From the NCBI GenBank assembly GCA_030037395.1, contig JASHRJ010000036.1:25690-89689 (forward strand): a stretch of DNA of 64,000 nucleotides. The letters are read 5' to 3'. This DNA is from Thermoplasmata archaeon. Its GTDB lineage: Archaea; Thermoplasmatota; Thermoplasmata; Lutacidiplasmatales; UBA184. The translations under genes and the position numbers were made by a program. This document shows positions 18,252 to 27,704 of the stretch, in pieces (position 1 is the first letter of the stretch; each line of letters begins with the position of its first letter). The notes beneath the pieces are model-generated. The model was given only the letters and a program-made list of their open reading frames with translations. It ran no database searches and was not told where the DNA came from.

Positions 18252-18671
18252 CTACGGGAACGACCCGGGGCGGCCGAACCCCGAAGGGCCTCCCAAGTAG
18301 GTCCAGAAGTCGTCCCGCCAGAAGTCGACCTCCTCCCGTACGTGCCGCAGCGGGACGAGGCGGAGGCCGTCCTTCTCCGCGGCGGCGAGCCGGCCGCGCA
18401 GTTGGTCCACGGACTCGTTCGAGAGATCCGCGAGGATCGCCTCGAACTCCGCGCGGAAGCCTACATCCAGCAGGCGGTCCGGGTGCCGCAGGACCAGCCG
18501 GTAGTGATGCGACCCTCCGGAGCCCTCCACCCTCAGGACCTGCCACTCGAGCCGCTCCCGACGCCGGGTCGCGAGGCGGAAGGCGGCGAGGTTTCCCAAC
18601 GCCTGCGCCACGAAGTTCTCCTCCGGCAGGCCGGGTCGGAGGTGGATGCCGACCTCGAGCCCGCGGTGCAT
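18252..18671 (-). CDS. hypothetical protein (139 aa)
   Basis: Protein-like composition (WQVLRVEGSGGSHHYRLVLRHPDRLLDVGFRAEFEAILADL). No motif recognised. Same strand and adjacent to 17147-18169. Confidence 0.45.
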   Translation of the reverse strand: MHRGLEVGIHLRPGLPEENFVAQALGNLAAFRLATRRRERLEWQVLRVEGSGGSHHYRLVLRHPDRLLDVGFRAEFEAILADLSNESVDQLRGRLAAAEKDGLRLVPLRHVREEVDFWRDDFWTYLGGPSGFGRPGSFP

Positions 18672-19045
18672 GGCCTGCCCGCGGCGAGAGCTCCGAGGGC
18701 GCATTAGCGGTTCGGGCGCGTCGGTCCGTTCCTCGAGCGGTTGCGTCGAACGCAGACCCGCGCGGAGCCGTTCGGCGCGGGCGCAGAGGCCGCCCCCGGC
18801 GGAGCCTCGGCGCGAGAAGGATTATTTACGTCCGTCCGCTCGGAGGTCCGATGGGCCCGTCGGTCGCCCGCGGTCACGAGACTCGCGGCGGGGCCCGCTC
18901 CGTCGGGGGGCGCCGTCCGCGGGCGCCCCTTCCGCTGTCCGTCCGGGCCCGCCGGGCCACGGCACGGAATAGGATGGCCTAGGGCCCTGCGAGCGGACCA
19001 CGCCCGAGGGCGTGGCCCGACACGGGCCTTCGGCGAGAACGGACC

Positions 19046-19975
19046 ATGAAAGGCGGCGAAGCACGGGAGCCGAGGATCGTCGGCGACGAGCGCCGGCGCG
19101 CGTACCTAGACCTGCTGAGCGACGTGATCTACGAGACCGAGTCGTTCTTCCACGAGGAGGGGTTCCTCCAACTGTTACCGGTGATGCTCGGCCGGAGCAC
19201 CGACCCGTTGGGCCCCGACCCCGGCTCTTCCGTAGTAAAGACCGTCGAGATCGACTATCTCGGCCAACGGTTCTACCTCATGAACTCGATGATCCTCCAC
19301 AAGCAGCTCGCGGTACGCGACATCGGGAAGATCTGGATCCTCTCGCCGAACGTTCGGCTCGAGCGACCCGAGCGGGCCGCGTCGGGCAAGCACCTCTTCG
19401 AGTTCACCCAGGCGGACTTCGAGATCCCGAACGCCGCCGGGGATGAGGTGCGCGCGCTCGTGGAGCGCTTCTTCGCGCGGCTCGGCTCCCGCCTTCGCGG
19501 CCACCCGGCGTTCCGGTCGCTCGACGTTCCGCCCCCGAGCTTCTCGCCTCCGTGGGCCACCTACACCACGCACGAGCTCGAGGCACGGTACGGCCCCTCG
19601 TGGGAGGAGCCCGCGTCGCGCGCGGAGCGCCAGCCGTTCTGGGTCACCTGCCATCGCCGGGAGTTCTACGACCGCGAGGACCCGGAGCGCCCGGGACACT
19701 ACCGGAACTACGACCTCGTCTATCCGGCGGGCTTCGGCGAGGCCCTCTCGGGGGCGGAACGCGAGTGGGACCCCGCCAGGATTCGGACCCGGATCGGCCG
19801 CGATGGGATCCCCCCGGCAGCGTACGAGGCCTATCTCGAGCAGGCGGACCATCTCGTCCCTTCGGCCGGGGCCGGCTTTGGGATCGAACGCTTGGTCCGG
19901 TTCCTCGTGCGCGCCCCTCACGTAGGGGACGTGCAGCTCTTCCGACGCGTCCCGGGCGAGACCCCCAGCCTGTAG
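19046..19975 (+). CDS. AsnA-type aspartate--ammonia ligase (class II aaRS catalytic-core paralog)
   Basis: Class II motif 2 is SPNVRLE...HLFEFTQADFE and motif 3 is GAGFGIERLVRFL. There is no anticodon-binding domain. Length is ~300 aa, as in archaeal AsnA. Confidence 0.7.
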   Translation: MKGGEAREPRIVGDERRRAYLDLLSDVIYETESFFHEEGFLQLLPVMLGRSTDPLGPDPGSSVVKTVEIDYLGQRFYLMNSMILHKQLAVRDIGKIWILSPNVRLERPERAASGKHLFEFTQADFEIPNAAGDEVRALVERFFARLGSRLRGHPAFRSLDVPPPSFSPPWATYTTHELEARYGPSWEEPASRAERQPFWVTCHRREFYDREDPERPGHYRNYDLVYPAGFGEALSGAEREWDPARIRTRIGRDGIPPAAYEAYLEQADHLVPSAGAGFGIERLVRFLVRAPHVGDVQLFRRVPGETPSL

Positions 19976-20160
19976 GTACTCGCGGCTGCGTGCGTCGGGT
20001 CAGAAGGGGGGAACGCGTGACGATGCCGGCGGCTGCCTCGTCGGTCGGGGACCGTCGTGCCGAGCCTATCGCCGTCTCGGTCCCCGGCGCGCCCCGTTCG
20101 GCTCGCCCGCGTCGGGCGGCCCACCGCGGGGCGCGCGAGAGGTTCGCGCAAGAAGCTCTC

Positions 20161-20172
20161 ATCATATACTCT
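20161..20172 (+). promoter_or_regulatory. TATA-like box (catatact)
   Basis: AT-rich catatactc lies about 30-37 nt upstream of ATG 20201. GAGGG sits 6 nt before the ATG. Confidence 0.4.
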
Positions 20173-20200
20173 TCGCCGTAAGCGGTCCCCTGAGGGCAGG

Positions 20201-20809
20201 ATGGCGGCGACGAACTGTCCCAGCTGCGGGGCGCCCGCAGCGGCGGGTTCCGGGTTCTGCACGTACTGCGGCGCCGCGCTCTCCGGCGCGTCGACGCCCC
20301 TCGTCGCTTCCTCCGGGGTCGCTTCCGCGCCTCTTCCCCCCCTGGGACCGACCGTCTCCTACCCCGGCGGCCCGCCCCCTCCTCGCCGGCACTCTCGGCT
20401 GCTCCTCATCGTCGTCGTGGTGGTCGTCGTGATCCTGGTCGTCGGGGTGGTCGCCTACCTCCTCCTGCCGGGCCCGGCGCCGGCCGTTCAGGTCGGATAC
20501 ATCTTCGTCTACGCCCCGGACGACGTCTGCGGGCTGAACCAGAGCCCGCCGATCGCCTTCTACGGGTTCAACAGCTCCACGGGGGCGAACCAGACGCTCG
20601 ACTTCCCCATGCCGAACTACAACGCGACGGCCTGCATGGTTCGGGGGGTATCCACGAACACCACCGGGTTCACGATCACGTACGCGCAGGTGCCGCTCAC
20701 GATCGGAGGCAGCCCGCATGGCCCCGGCAGCACGAACGCCTCCCTGAACGTCACCATCATCTCGCCCTCCTCGTCGTTCTCGGGCAACCTGAGCCTCGTG
20801 TTGAGGTAG
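20201..20809 (+). CDS. zinc-ribbon / single-TM / extracellular sequon-rich domain protein
   Basis: The N-terminus reads MAATNCPSCGAPAAAGSGFCTYCGAAL, followed by a poly-Val TM helix. The 120-aa ectodomain carries 8 N-x-S/T sequons. Confidence 0.7.
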   Translation: MAATNCPSCGAPAAAGSGFCTYCGAALSGASTPLVASSGVASAPLPPLGPTVSYPGGPPPPRRHSRLLLIVVVVVVVILVVGVVAYLLLPGPAPAVQVGYIFVYAPDDVCGLNQSPPIAFYGFNSSTGANQTLDFPMPNYNATACMVRGVSTNTTGFTITYAQVPLTIGGSPHGPGSTNASLNVTIISPSSSFSGNLSLVLR

Positions 20810-20955
20810 GACCGCATCCCGCCCGGGGGCCCTCGCCGCTGAGATCGGCCCGGGCAGAGCACCCCGGGCCGGGCACGATCGCTCGCAGCCGGGGAACGGC
20901 CGACGGCTGCGCACGGGCGAGGCCGTGCCCATCCTGGTCGCGGCCCGCGGGGTCT

Positions 20956-21921
20956 TCAGAACATGTCCAGCAGCTGACAGGCAAACGGGCGTCCGGTCGA
21001 TCGGAGCCATTGGTAGAGGTTCCGCCGGCGCAGCTCCGGAGCGAGCGGACAGGCCATCATCACGGCGTAGGAAGGGAGCAACGGGGTACACCGGGCCAGT
21101 TCGGGGTCGTCCTCTCCCGAGAACCAATCGCTCGCGAACGCGAGCCAGCGGCCGCTCGACCTTCGCTCCAGGGAGGCCATGAGTGCCGAACGTATCTCCC
21201 GCGTTGGAGCGATGACCTCGCCGGCCCGACCCCAGGTCGAATGCGGCTCCAGCGTGGCGTATCCTGCCACGCGGCCCTGGCGCTCGGCGACCAGCACGCC
21301 CCGCGCCGCGCCGGCGCCGGAAAGGAACCGGGCTCGGTAGGCTCGAGGGTCCCTCTGCGCGAACCCGAGCGCCCCGGCATTCGCTCGGCGGTGGACGCGG
21401 GCCAGCGCCGGAGCGTCCGAGCGCCGGGCCGGCCGCACGCGGAACCCGGGCGGGGCGCTCGACGTCCGCCGGTCGATGTACCGCAGCGCAGTCCGGGGGT
21501 AGAAAATGTCCTGATAGCCGAGTTTGAGATAGAGCTCGTGGGCGAGGTTCGATCGGCCCGTGCAGAGGAGGGCAAGACGGCGGCCGGCGCTTCGCTCGCG
21601 GCGGTGCACCTCCCGCAGGAGCTGCGCTGCGAGCCCGCGCCGCATCGCGTCGGGGCGGGTCATGACGAGCTCGATCCCGGCGGCCGGCTCCGGTCCTTGC
21701 GGAGTCGTCAGCCGATACTGGGAGACGAAGACCGCGGAGAGGAGCTCGTCGCCCTCCCGCGCGTACACCCCCAGGTACGAGGCAAACGGGAACCCGGACC
21801 GACGGGCCCGGAGGGCCGATGCGAGATCGTCCAGCCCGCCCCACGCACTGTAGTGGAGCGAGACCAGGGCCCTCCGGAGGTCCCGGTAGGCGTCGTCAAA
21901 GTCGAGTATCTCGACGCCCAT
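20956..21921 (-). CDS. GNAT-family N-acetyltransferase (two-lobe)
   Basis: The acetyl-CoA-binding motif is IELVMTRPDAMRRGLAAQLLREV. Start set at MGVEILDF. Confidence 0.65.
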   Translation of the reverse strand: MGVEILDFDDAYRDLRRALVSLHYSAWGGLDDLASALRARRSGFPFASYLGVYAREGDELLSAVFVSQYRLTTPQGPEPAAGIELVMTRPDAMRRGLAAQLLREVHRRERSAGRRLALLCTGRSNLAHELYLKLGYQDIFYPRTALRYIDRRTSSAPPGFRVRPARRSDAPALARVHRRANAGALGFAQRDPRAYRARFLSGAGAARGVLVAERQGRVAGYATLEPHSTWGRAGEVIAPTREIRSALMASLERRSSGRWLAFASDWFSGEDDPELARCTPLLPSYAVMMACPLAPELRRRNLYQWLRSTGRPFACQLLDMF

Positions 21922-22014
21922 CGAGCCCCTCGCCCCGGGCGCGGCAACGCGTCCCACGACCTTAGGGATGCGGGCGAAGCCGTGCCGCGGTCGCGGGGTC
22001 CGCGTACGCCCGAG

Positions 22015-22770
22015 CTACCGCCCCTCCAGACGATCGGTAATCTCGTACACGCACCCGTCCGGCGCTCGAAAGTGCGCCCAGCCACCCCACGTCCCTTCTC
22101 GGGTCTGCAGGATAGGGACACCGTGTGCTCGTAGCACGCCGATCGCCGCGCGAGAGTCCCTCACGCCGAACCCCGGGAGCGGACCGGTTCGCAGGTGCGG
22201 ATGATCCATCTCGCTGCCCCGACGGAAGGCTTCCACCGCACTGCCGTCGGGCAAGCGGCACTCGATCACGTTCTCCTCCTCCTCCACGGTCTTGGCGTGC
22301 AGCACGTCCCGGTAGAAGCGGGCGGTCTCCTCGAACCGGGACGTCGCGATCCCCAGGAACGCCAGCCGGGTGATCTGGAGGGGGCCGGCAGGGACTCCCG
22401 GGGAGGGGCGACGGGGGTAGTCGACGATTTCGAGGACGACCCCATCAGGTCCCCTAAAGTGCTGCCACCGGTAGTCGCCGGGGCTCCCTCCGGCTTCCCC
22501 GAGCAGGGCGTAGCCGCTCGACGCGAGCTCCGCCCGTGCCCGGTCGAAATCCCACACCTGAATGCCTACGACCGGACCCGTAGTGAAGTGGGTGTAGGGG
22601 TCCGATCGCGCGTCGAATACTTCGACGGATCCCCCGTCCGGCAGGTCGAAGCGCACGAAATGCGGTCGCTCGTTGCCCACCGGGAGCCCTAGCGCGGACT
22701 CGAAGAAATCCCGGGTGGCCTCAAAGCTTGGCGTCCTCGTCCCTACCCAGACCAGGCCGCGAGCCTCCAC
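22015..22770 (-). CDS. VOC family protein (two-domain glyoxalase-like)
   Basis: Two beta-alpha-beta-beta-beta modules; the motif VEVFD...VWDFDRARAEL is repeated. Confidence 0.7.
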   Translation of the reverse strand: MEARGLVWVGTRTPSFEATRDFFESALGLPVGNERPHFVRFDLPDGGSVEVFDARSDPYTHFTTGPVVGIQVWDFDRARAELASSGYALLGEAGGSPGDYRWQHFRGPDGVVLEIVDYPRRPSPGVPAGPLQITRLAFLGIATSRFEETARFYRDVLHAKTVEEEENVIECRLPDGSAVEAFRRGSEMDHPHLRTGPLPGFGVRDSRAAIGVLRAHGVPILQTREGTWGGWAHFRAPDGCVYEITDRLEGR

Positions 22771-22803
22771 GGACTCGCGAGCAGCAGCTCCAGCGCATCA
22801 CTG

Positions 22804-24051
22804 TTGGCCCTCGACAACCCCGCAAGCTCCTCGAGGCTCGGCCGGCCCTTCGGCCCCTCGGTCGGGCTCCCCACGTCCGGGGGCGCACGCGAGGAGGACC
22901 CCGCGCGATCGCCGGCCGACGGGCGCGGGCCCGCGACGGATCGCGCCGCCTGCGATGCGCGTACCGGGCCCCCGCGCTACCCGCGCTCCGCCGGGGGGTC
23001 GCCAGGGACGTCCTCGGGCCGCTCTGCCAAGGACCTAGGGCTTTTGCGTCGAGGAGGCTTGCGCCGGGCCGTGCGGGTGTCTCCCCGGATCCGAAGGTGG
23101 CTAACAGGGCCGACCGCCGACCCGAGCGCTCGTTGGCGCTTTCTCCGTGACGTAGAAGGCCTGGCTCCGGATGACCCCCGGGTCGTCGCGGCCCGCCGGC
23201 GGATCGGGCGAACGGGGTGGGCCGCCGGGATTCTCGCGCACCAGTTCCCTGACGGGCACTGGGCCACCCCCGGATCTTCGGATGAGGAGATCTACCGACC
23301 GAAGTACATCTCGACGTACTGGCGGTTCCTTCTCCTTGCCGAGCTCGGCATGACCCGGGAGGACCCTCGCATACGTCGTACGGTCCGCCTGATCATGCGT
23401 CGCTGGACCGAGAGGGGTACGGACCTCCTCGGCGGACCGGAGAGCGAGATCTGTGGCGTGGGAAACTGCGCCAGGGCCTTCCTCCGCTACGGGTACCTGG
23501 ATCACCCTGTGGTCCAACGATGCCTCGACTGGATCGTTCGAGACCAGAAGCCGGACGGGGGATGGTACTGCTTCCCGGGTCGCGCGTCAGGTTCGTTGGA
23601 CGGCTGGGAGGGACTGGCCGCGCTGGCCGAGGTCCCGGACGGCGCGCGCTCAGAGTCGGTCCGACGGGCGATCGCACGGGGAGCGGAGTTCCTCCTGCGT
23701 CATCGACTGAGCGTCGAGGGCCGTCGCTCCTACGCGCCGTGGCACCGGATCCACTTTCCCACCCACTACTACTACGACACGCTGGTCGGGCTTCAGCTGG
23801 TCGCCAGACTGGGACGCGCGACGGATCCCCGAGCGCGACCGGCCCTGCGGTGGTTGCTGGGCAAGCGGCGCCGCGACGGCACGTGGGCCATCGATGCGGA
23901 CCACCCGGACGTGGACTCCACGCAGCTGACCTACCCGCTGGACGAGTGGCCGTACTGGCCCTTGCGGCTGGAGACCCCCGGAGAACCGAGCCGGTGGGCT
24001 ACGCTGGATGCCCTGAGCGTACAGGCCTACCTGGAACGAGAGGAACGCTAG
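22804..24051 (+). CDS. prenyltransferase/squalene-oxidase repeat protein (alpha/alpha-toroid, terpene-cyclase-like)
   Basis: Repeats of the form QKPDGGWYCF and RRRDGTWAID are present. The first ~90 codons are low-complexity. A more likely start is the GTG at 23071, which has GGAGG upstream. Confidence 0.6.
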   Translation: MALDNPASSSRLGRPFGPSVGLPTSGGAREEDPARSPADGRGPATDRAACDARTGPPRYPRSAGGSPGTSSGRSAKDLGLLRRGGLRRAVRVSPRIRRWLTGPTADPSARWRFLRDVEGLAPDDPRVVAARRRIGRTGWAAGILAHQFPDGHWATPGSSDEEIYRPKYISTYWRFLLLAELGMTREDPRIRRTVRLIMRRWTERGTDLLGGPESEICGVGNCARAFLRYGYLDHPVVQRCLDWIVRDQKPDGGWYCFPGRASGSLDGWEGLAALAEVPDGARSESVRRAIARGAEFLLRHRLSVEGRRSYAPWHRIHFPTHYYYDTLVGLQLVARLGRATDPRARPALRWLLGKRRRDGTWAIDADHPDVDSTQLTYPLDEWPYWPLRLETPGEPSRWATLDALSVQAYLEREER

Positions 24052-24461
24052 GCGGCGCCACGCGCGCGCGCGAGGACAGAGCGGTGGGAGGCGACGCGGC
24101 GGCGCGCGAGGCTCCGCTCCTTCGACCGTACCGTCGGTGCTCGCGATCGGCCGAGGGCAATCCGGCTCGGTGACGTTCCTTCATCCCAGGGGAGGAAGAT
24201 GGCCCCGCACCTCCGGAGCCGGGACAACGGCCCTGCACTACGTGGGAGCTCACCCGGGCGCACCCGTGTCCGAGGCCCTCCGACGACGACCCGCCGATGC
24301 CCGGGCGTTGGAGAGCACCGAGAGCGTGGACCACGGCTCGCTGCCCCGGTAGCCCCGCCTAGGGTACCCGCCGCGGCACGAATCTGTCGTGCTCTTATGG
24401 CGCGGGCGCCTCGCTCGTCAGATCGAGGCGGTTAGGCCGCGGGTGCGGAGGAGCGCTGGCG

Positions 24462-25088
24462 TTGAGCGAGCCGATCTACGACGAGCGTTACGCGCGACCC
24501 GGTTTGTATTGGGGAAGCAAGCCGACCCGCCTCGCACGCGATGTCGTCCGCCTGGCGCGGTCGCTTCCGCGCGCGCCCCGCACGCTGGTGGACCTGGGTT
24601 GCGGCGAGGGGCGAGACTCGATCTACTTTGCCCGGCGAGGCTACCGGGTGTTGGGCGTGGACATCTCGAGCGTCGGGATACGAAAGGCGGAACAGCGCGC
24701 GTCTCGGCTCGGGGTCGACGTCCGATTCCAGGTCAGGGACATTCGGACCTACCGGCTGGGTCATCGCGTGGACGTGGTGTTTTGCTCGGGAGCCCTGAAC
24801 AACCTCCCGCGTCGAATTCGGGCGACCCGATTTGAACACTTCAAAGCGAACACCGCGCCCGGGGGAATCCACGCCATGAACGCCGACGTTCCGAAACCCT
24901 ACATCCCGCCCTACTCGATGAATCGATTCGCGACCCCGTTCCGCTCGGGAGAGTTGCTGGGGTACTACGGGGACTGGGAGATCCTTGACTCAGGACAAGG
25001 GGAGTTCGTCTCCCACGCCGGGGGCGTCCCCCATCGGAAGGCCATGGACGTCGTCATTGCTCGGAAGCCCGCTCTCGGGTCCCCTTGA
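24462..25088 (+). CDS. class I SAM-dependent methyltransferase (TPMT/TehB-like)
   Basis: Motif I is VDLGCGEGRDS. TTG start with GGAGGAG 8 nt upstream. Confidence 0.75.
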   Translation: MSEPIYDERYARPGLYWGSKPTRLARDVVRLARSLPRAPRTLVDLGCGEGRDSIYFARRGYRVLGVDISSVGIRKAEQRASRLGVDVRFQVRDIRTYRLGHRVDVVFCSGALNNLPRRIRATRFEHFKANTAPGGIHAMNADVPKPYIPPYSMNRFATPFRSGELLGYYGDWEILDSGQGEFVSHAGGVPHRKAMDVVIARKPALGSP

Positions 25089-25299
25089 CCCCGCCTCGAC
25101 CGTCGCCCCGGGGTTTGCTCCGAAAGCGCAGGTCCGTGGCATCTCTCGGGACCGGCTTCCGGAGCGGCCGGCAACGGTCCGGTCGCGGAGCCTCTCGGAA
25201 GGTGCCGCTTGCCAACGGACCTCGAAATCGGAGCGTCCACCGTGGGACCTCCGAACTCGGGGTGGGGTCGCCGACGAGGGCGAGGGCCGACGCTCGCAC

Positions 25300-25725
25300 T
25301 CAGCCTGGGGGTTCGTTCTCCCCCAGTTCTGCGATCAAGGCATTCACCTTGGCCCGGAGGACGTCACGGATCTCCCGAAAGCCCTGAGAGTCGACGTGGC
25401 GGGTATCCGGAATCTCCCATCGACGAGGGCCAAACCGGGCGAACCACGCTGGGCACGAGGGATGACCGAGTGCTCCGATCGAGACACACTACGTGGCTTC
25501 GAGAGCCATCGGCTGCGTGAGCCGCTGGGGCGAGTGCGGGGGAAGTGGAATCCCAAGCTCGGACAGGCTTGGGCCGGTCTGTGGGTTCGTCGCGCGGGCA
25601 GGCACCACTCCCGCAGACAACGCGAGCCGGCCCTCAGGCCTTGATTTGTTGAAGATCGCCTCCGCCATCACGGAACGCCCTGCATTTCCGACGCACACGA
25701 ACAGCACGGTCTTGCGCGAGGTCAT
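25300..25725 (-). pseudogene. arsC: arsC / LMW protein-tyrosine-phosphatase family gene disrupted by a frameshift
   Basis: Frame 1 gives MTSRKTVLFVCVGNAGRSVMAEAIF... (CX5R P-loop) and stops after 78 aa. The C-terminal half (WEIPDTRHVDSQGFREIRDVLRAKVNALIAEL) continues in the +1 frame to a TGA at 25300. Confidence 0.6.
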
Positions 25726-26283
25726 GAAGGAATGCCGCCCTGGACCCCACCCGTGGATCTGGCCCGTATCGCCGACGCCGTCTAGGGAGAGGGCCGATGG
25801 CCGTGCTCAGTTAAGAAAGCGTGATCGACGTACCGCTGCTCTCGGGCCTCGCACGACGGCTGAGAACGAAACGGCGGAGCTCGTGTCCTCGCCGCGATCT
25901 CCCCTTCCGACCCCCCCGTCGCAGAGCTCCGCGGGAGCGCCTGGGAAGCGATCTCTCGCGTGTCGAGGCCCTCGAGACCGTAGGGTTCGCGCGGACGCGC
26001 AGCTGCTCCCGCGGTCTAGCTGCTGCGCGCGATCCGTGGGTCCCCTACCGCCCTCGAAGACGGCGGTCCGCTGTCGCCACTATGGTCCCCCCGTGAACGC
26101 CCGGCAACGCGGAGGGGGATCTGGAGCTCGGCAACTCGGAGCGCCGACGTCGAGGGTGCCGGCGGCCCAGACCGAACGGCCGAAGCTCCTCGGATCGACC
26201 GATGAGGGCCTTTTTAGCCCAAGCGCGGCGTCTCGGGGGCCGTGAAGGCAAAGCCGCGGGCCCCTAGAGCCAACTCGGGCACG

Positions 26284-26736
26284 ATGGTGTATCTCGAGGA
26301 CCGCGGCGCGGTCTATGACGCGCCGCTGGACGTGGTATGGGACTTCTGGCGCAAGGACGAGAAGTACCACCCGAAGGCCCACCGCACCGATGTCCGGAAC
26401 TTTGAGGGAAAGGAGCTGTCCGAAGTGACGACCCTCCTCACGTACGAAGAGCGGCAGGGGGGGCGCTGGGTAAAGCGGGCCTGTCGAATGACCACGATAC
26501 CGCCGGCGGTGCGGGTCCAGGAAGATCTGGAAGGACCGTACGCCGGTTCGATCAAGGTGTTCCTGTACACGCCACGAGGCCCGAAGACCACCGTCGACGT
26601 GCTCGCCTACGTGAAGTCCCTCGAACTGACCCCGAAGCAGGCCGAGCTCGACACCCGCAGGAAGTTCGCCAAGGCGTACCGCGAAGACCTGCCGTGGTTC
26701 CGAAAGTACGTGCGGTCCCGGCAGAGCGAGCGGTAG
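26284..26736 (+). CDS. SRPBCC (Bet v1-like / polyketide-cyclase-like) family protein
   Basis: 150 aa starting MVYLEDRGAVYDAPLDVVWDFWRKDEKY. Local GC is lower than average. An alternative GTG start lies at 26242. Confidence 0.55.
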   Translation: MVYLEDRGAVYDAPLDVVWDFWRKDEKYHPKAHRTDVRNFEGKELSEVTTLLTYEERQGGRWVKRACRMTTIPPAVRVQEDLEGPYAGSIKVFLYTPRGPKTTVDVLAYVKSLELTPKQAELDTRRKFAKAYREDLPWFRKYVRSRQSER

Positions 26737-27147
26737 ACTAGCTCCGGCGTCCCAGGAGAGCCCGGCCGGAGGCCGGGTGTAGTCGCCCACAGGAAAAGCC
26801 AGCGCACGGACGAGCAGCGCCCGGTTCTCGGCGAAGTACGGCGAGCCCCTCTCGACGGGGCATACTCGAACCGCGACGCACCGGACCAAGCTGGGGGCAT
26901 TCCCTCGTCGGCGAGTCGACGGCTGGGAGCGACGCGCGCGGGCGCGGAGTGGGTAGGTAGGTCACGACCCCAGGGGTATGCCGCAGACCGGGCAGGAGAC
27001 GGCGAACGGAGGACACCCGCTCGGCCATGACGGGCCCGCTCGGCCTCGCCTCGGCCCGACCGACCCTTTCCCGCCCTGAGGGTTGTCCACGCCCGGGCTC
27101 GGGGCATCCGCGCGGATGGAGGCCGCGGCGTGGCAGCGGGCGGGCCG

Positions 27148-27230
27148 TGCCGGGGCCAGGATTCGAACCTGGGAACTCCTTCGAGAGCAGATCTTGAGTC
27201 TGCCGCCTTTGGCCGCTCGGCCACCCCGGC
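27148..27230 (-). tRNA. tRNA-Leu (CAA), class II with a long variable arm
   Basis: The acceptor pairs GCCGGGG with CCCCGGC and is followed by discriminator A. The anticodon loop is CUCAAGA and the T-loop is TTCGAAT. Length 83 nt, with a 14-nt variable arm. Confidence 0.88.
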
Positions 27231-27255
27231 TCGGGCCGGCCACGGCCGACCCGGG

Positions 27256-27669
27256 TTATCCTCCTTCCCTCTCGACCGGTCCGCTGACGGCCTCCGGGAC
27301 CGACCGCGCGCCCCCGACCAGAGCGACCTCCTGCTGGCGGGCGAGCCGCCGCCCTCGTGCGGCTCGACGCGCGGAGGCCGCGCGGGCGCGCCGGAACGGC
27401 ACGCGGCGCTCGCGTCCGCACCGTAGGCACCTGCGAACCCGTCGTCCTTGGCGGAGCCGCGTCCGGACGTTGCGCCCCTCCACCCAGAACGTCGAGCAAC
27501 CGCGGCAGAACCGCTCCGAGTACTCCGGGAGGAGGCGGACGTTGTACCGCATTCCGATCCGGCGCGCGAGGCGCACATACCGGTCGGCGAGCCCCGGCTG
27601 GAGGCCGGTCGCCTCCCGCTCGGCGAGCGCGAACAGGTCGTCGATGCGCTCCGCGGCGACCTGGACCAT
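27256..27669 (-). CDS. rnp4: RNase P protein component Rpp21 (Rnp4)
   Basis: AERIDDLFALAE...LADRYVRLARRIGMRYNVRLLPEYSERFCRGCS...CLRCG matches the Rpp21 zinc-ribbon signature. ATG at 27669. Confidence 0.75.
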   Translation of the reverse strand: MVQVAAERIDDLFALAEREATGLQPGLADRYVRLARRIGMRYNVRLLPEYSERFCRGCSTFWVEGRNVRTRLRQGRRVRRCLRCGRERRVPFRRARAASARRAARGRRLARQQEVALVGGARSVPEAVSGPVEREGG

Positions 27670-27704
27670 TACGTTCGTCCGGCGGCCGCGGCGGCCCCCG
27701 GTCC

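Noticed and set aside
17599-18300. Search for the missing RFC collar domain downstream of 17594 in other frames
   Set aside because: All three plus-strand frames give low-complexity, non-helical sequence. The gene appears genuinely truncated rather than frameshifted.
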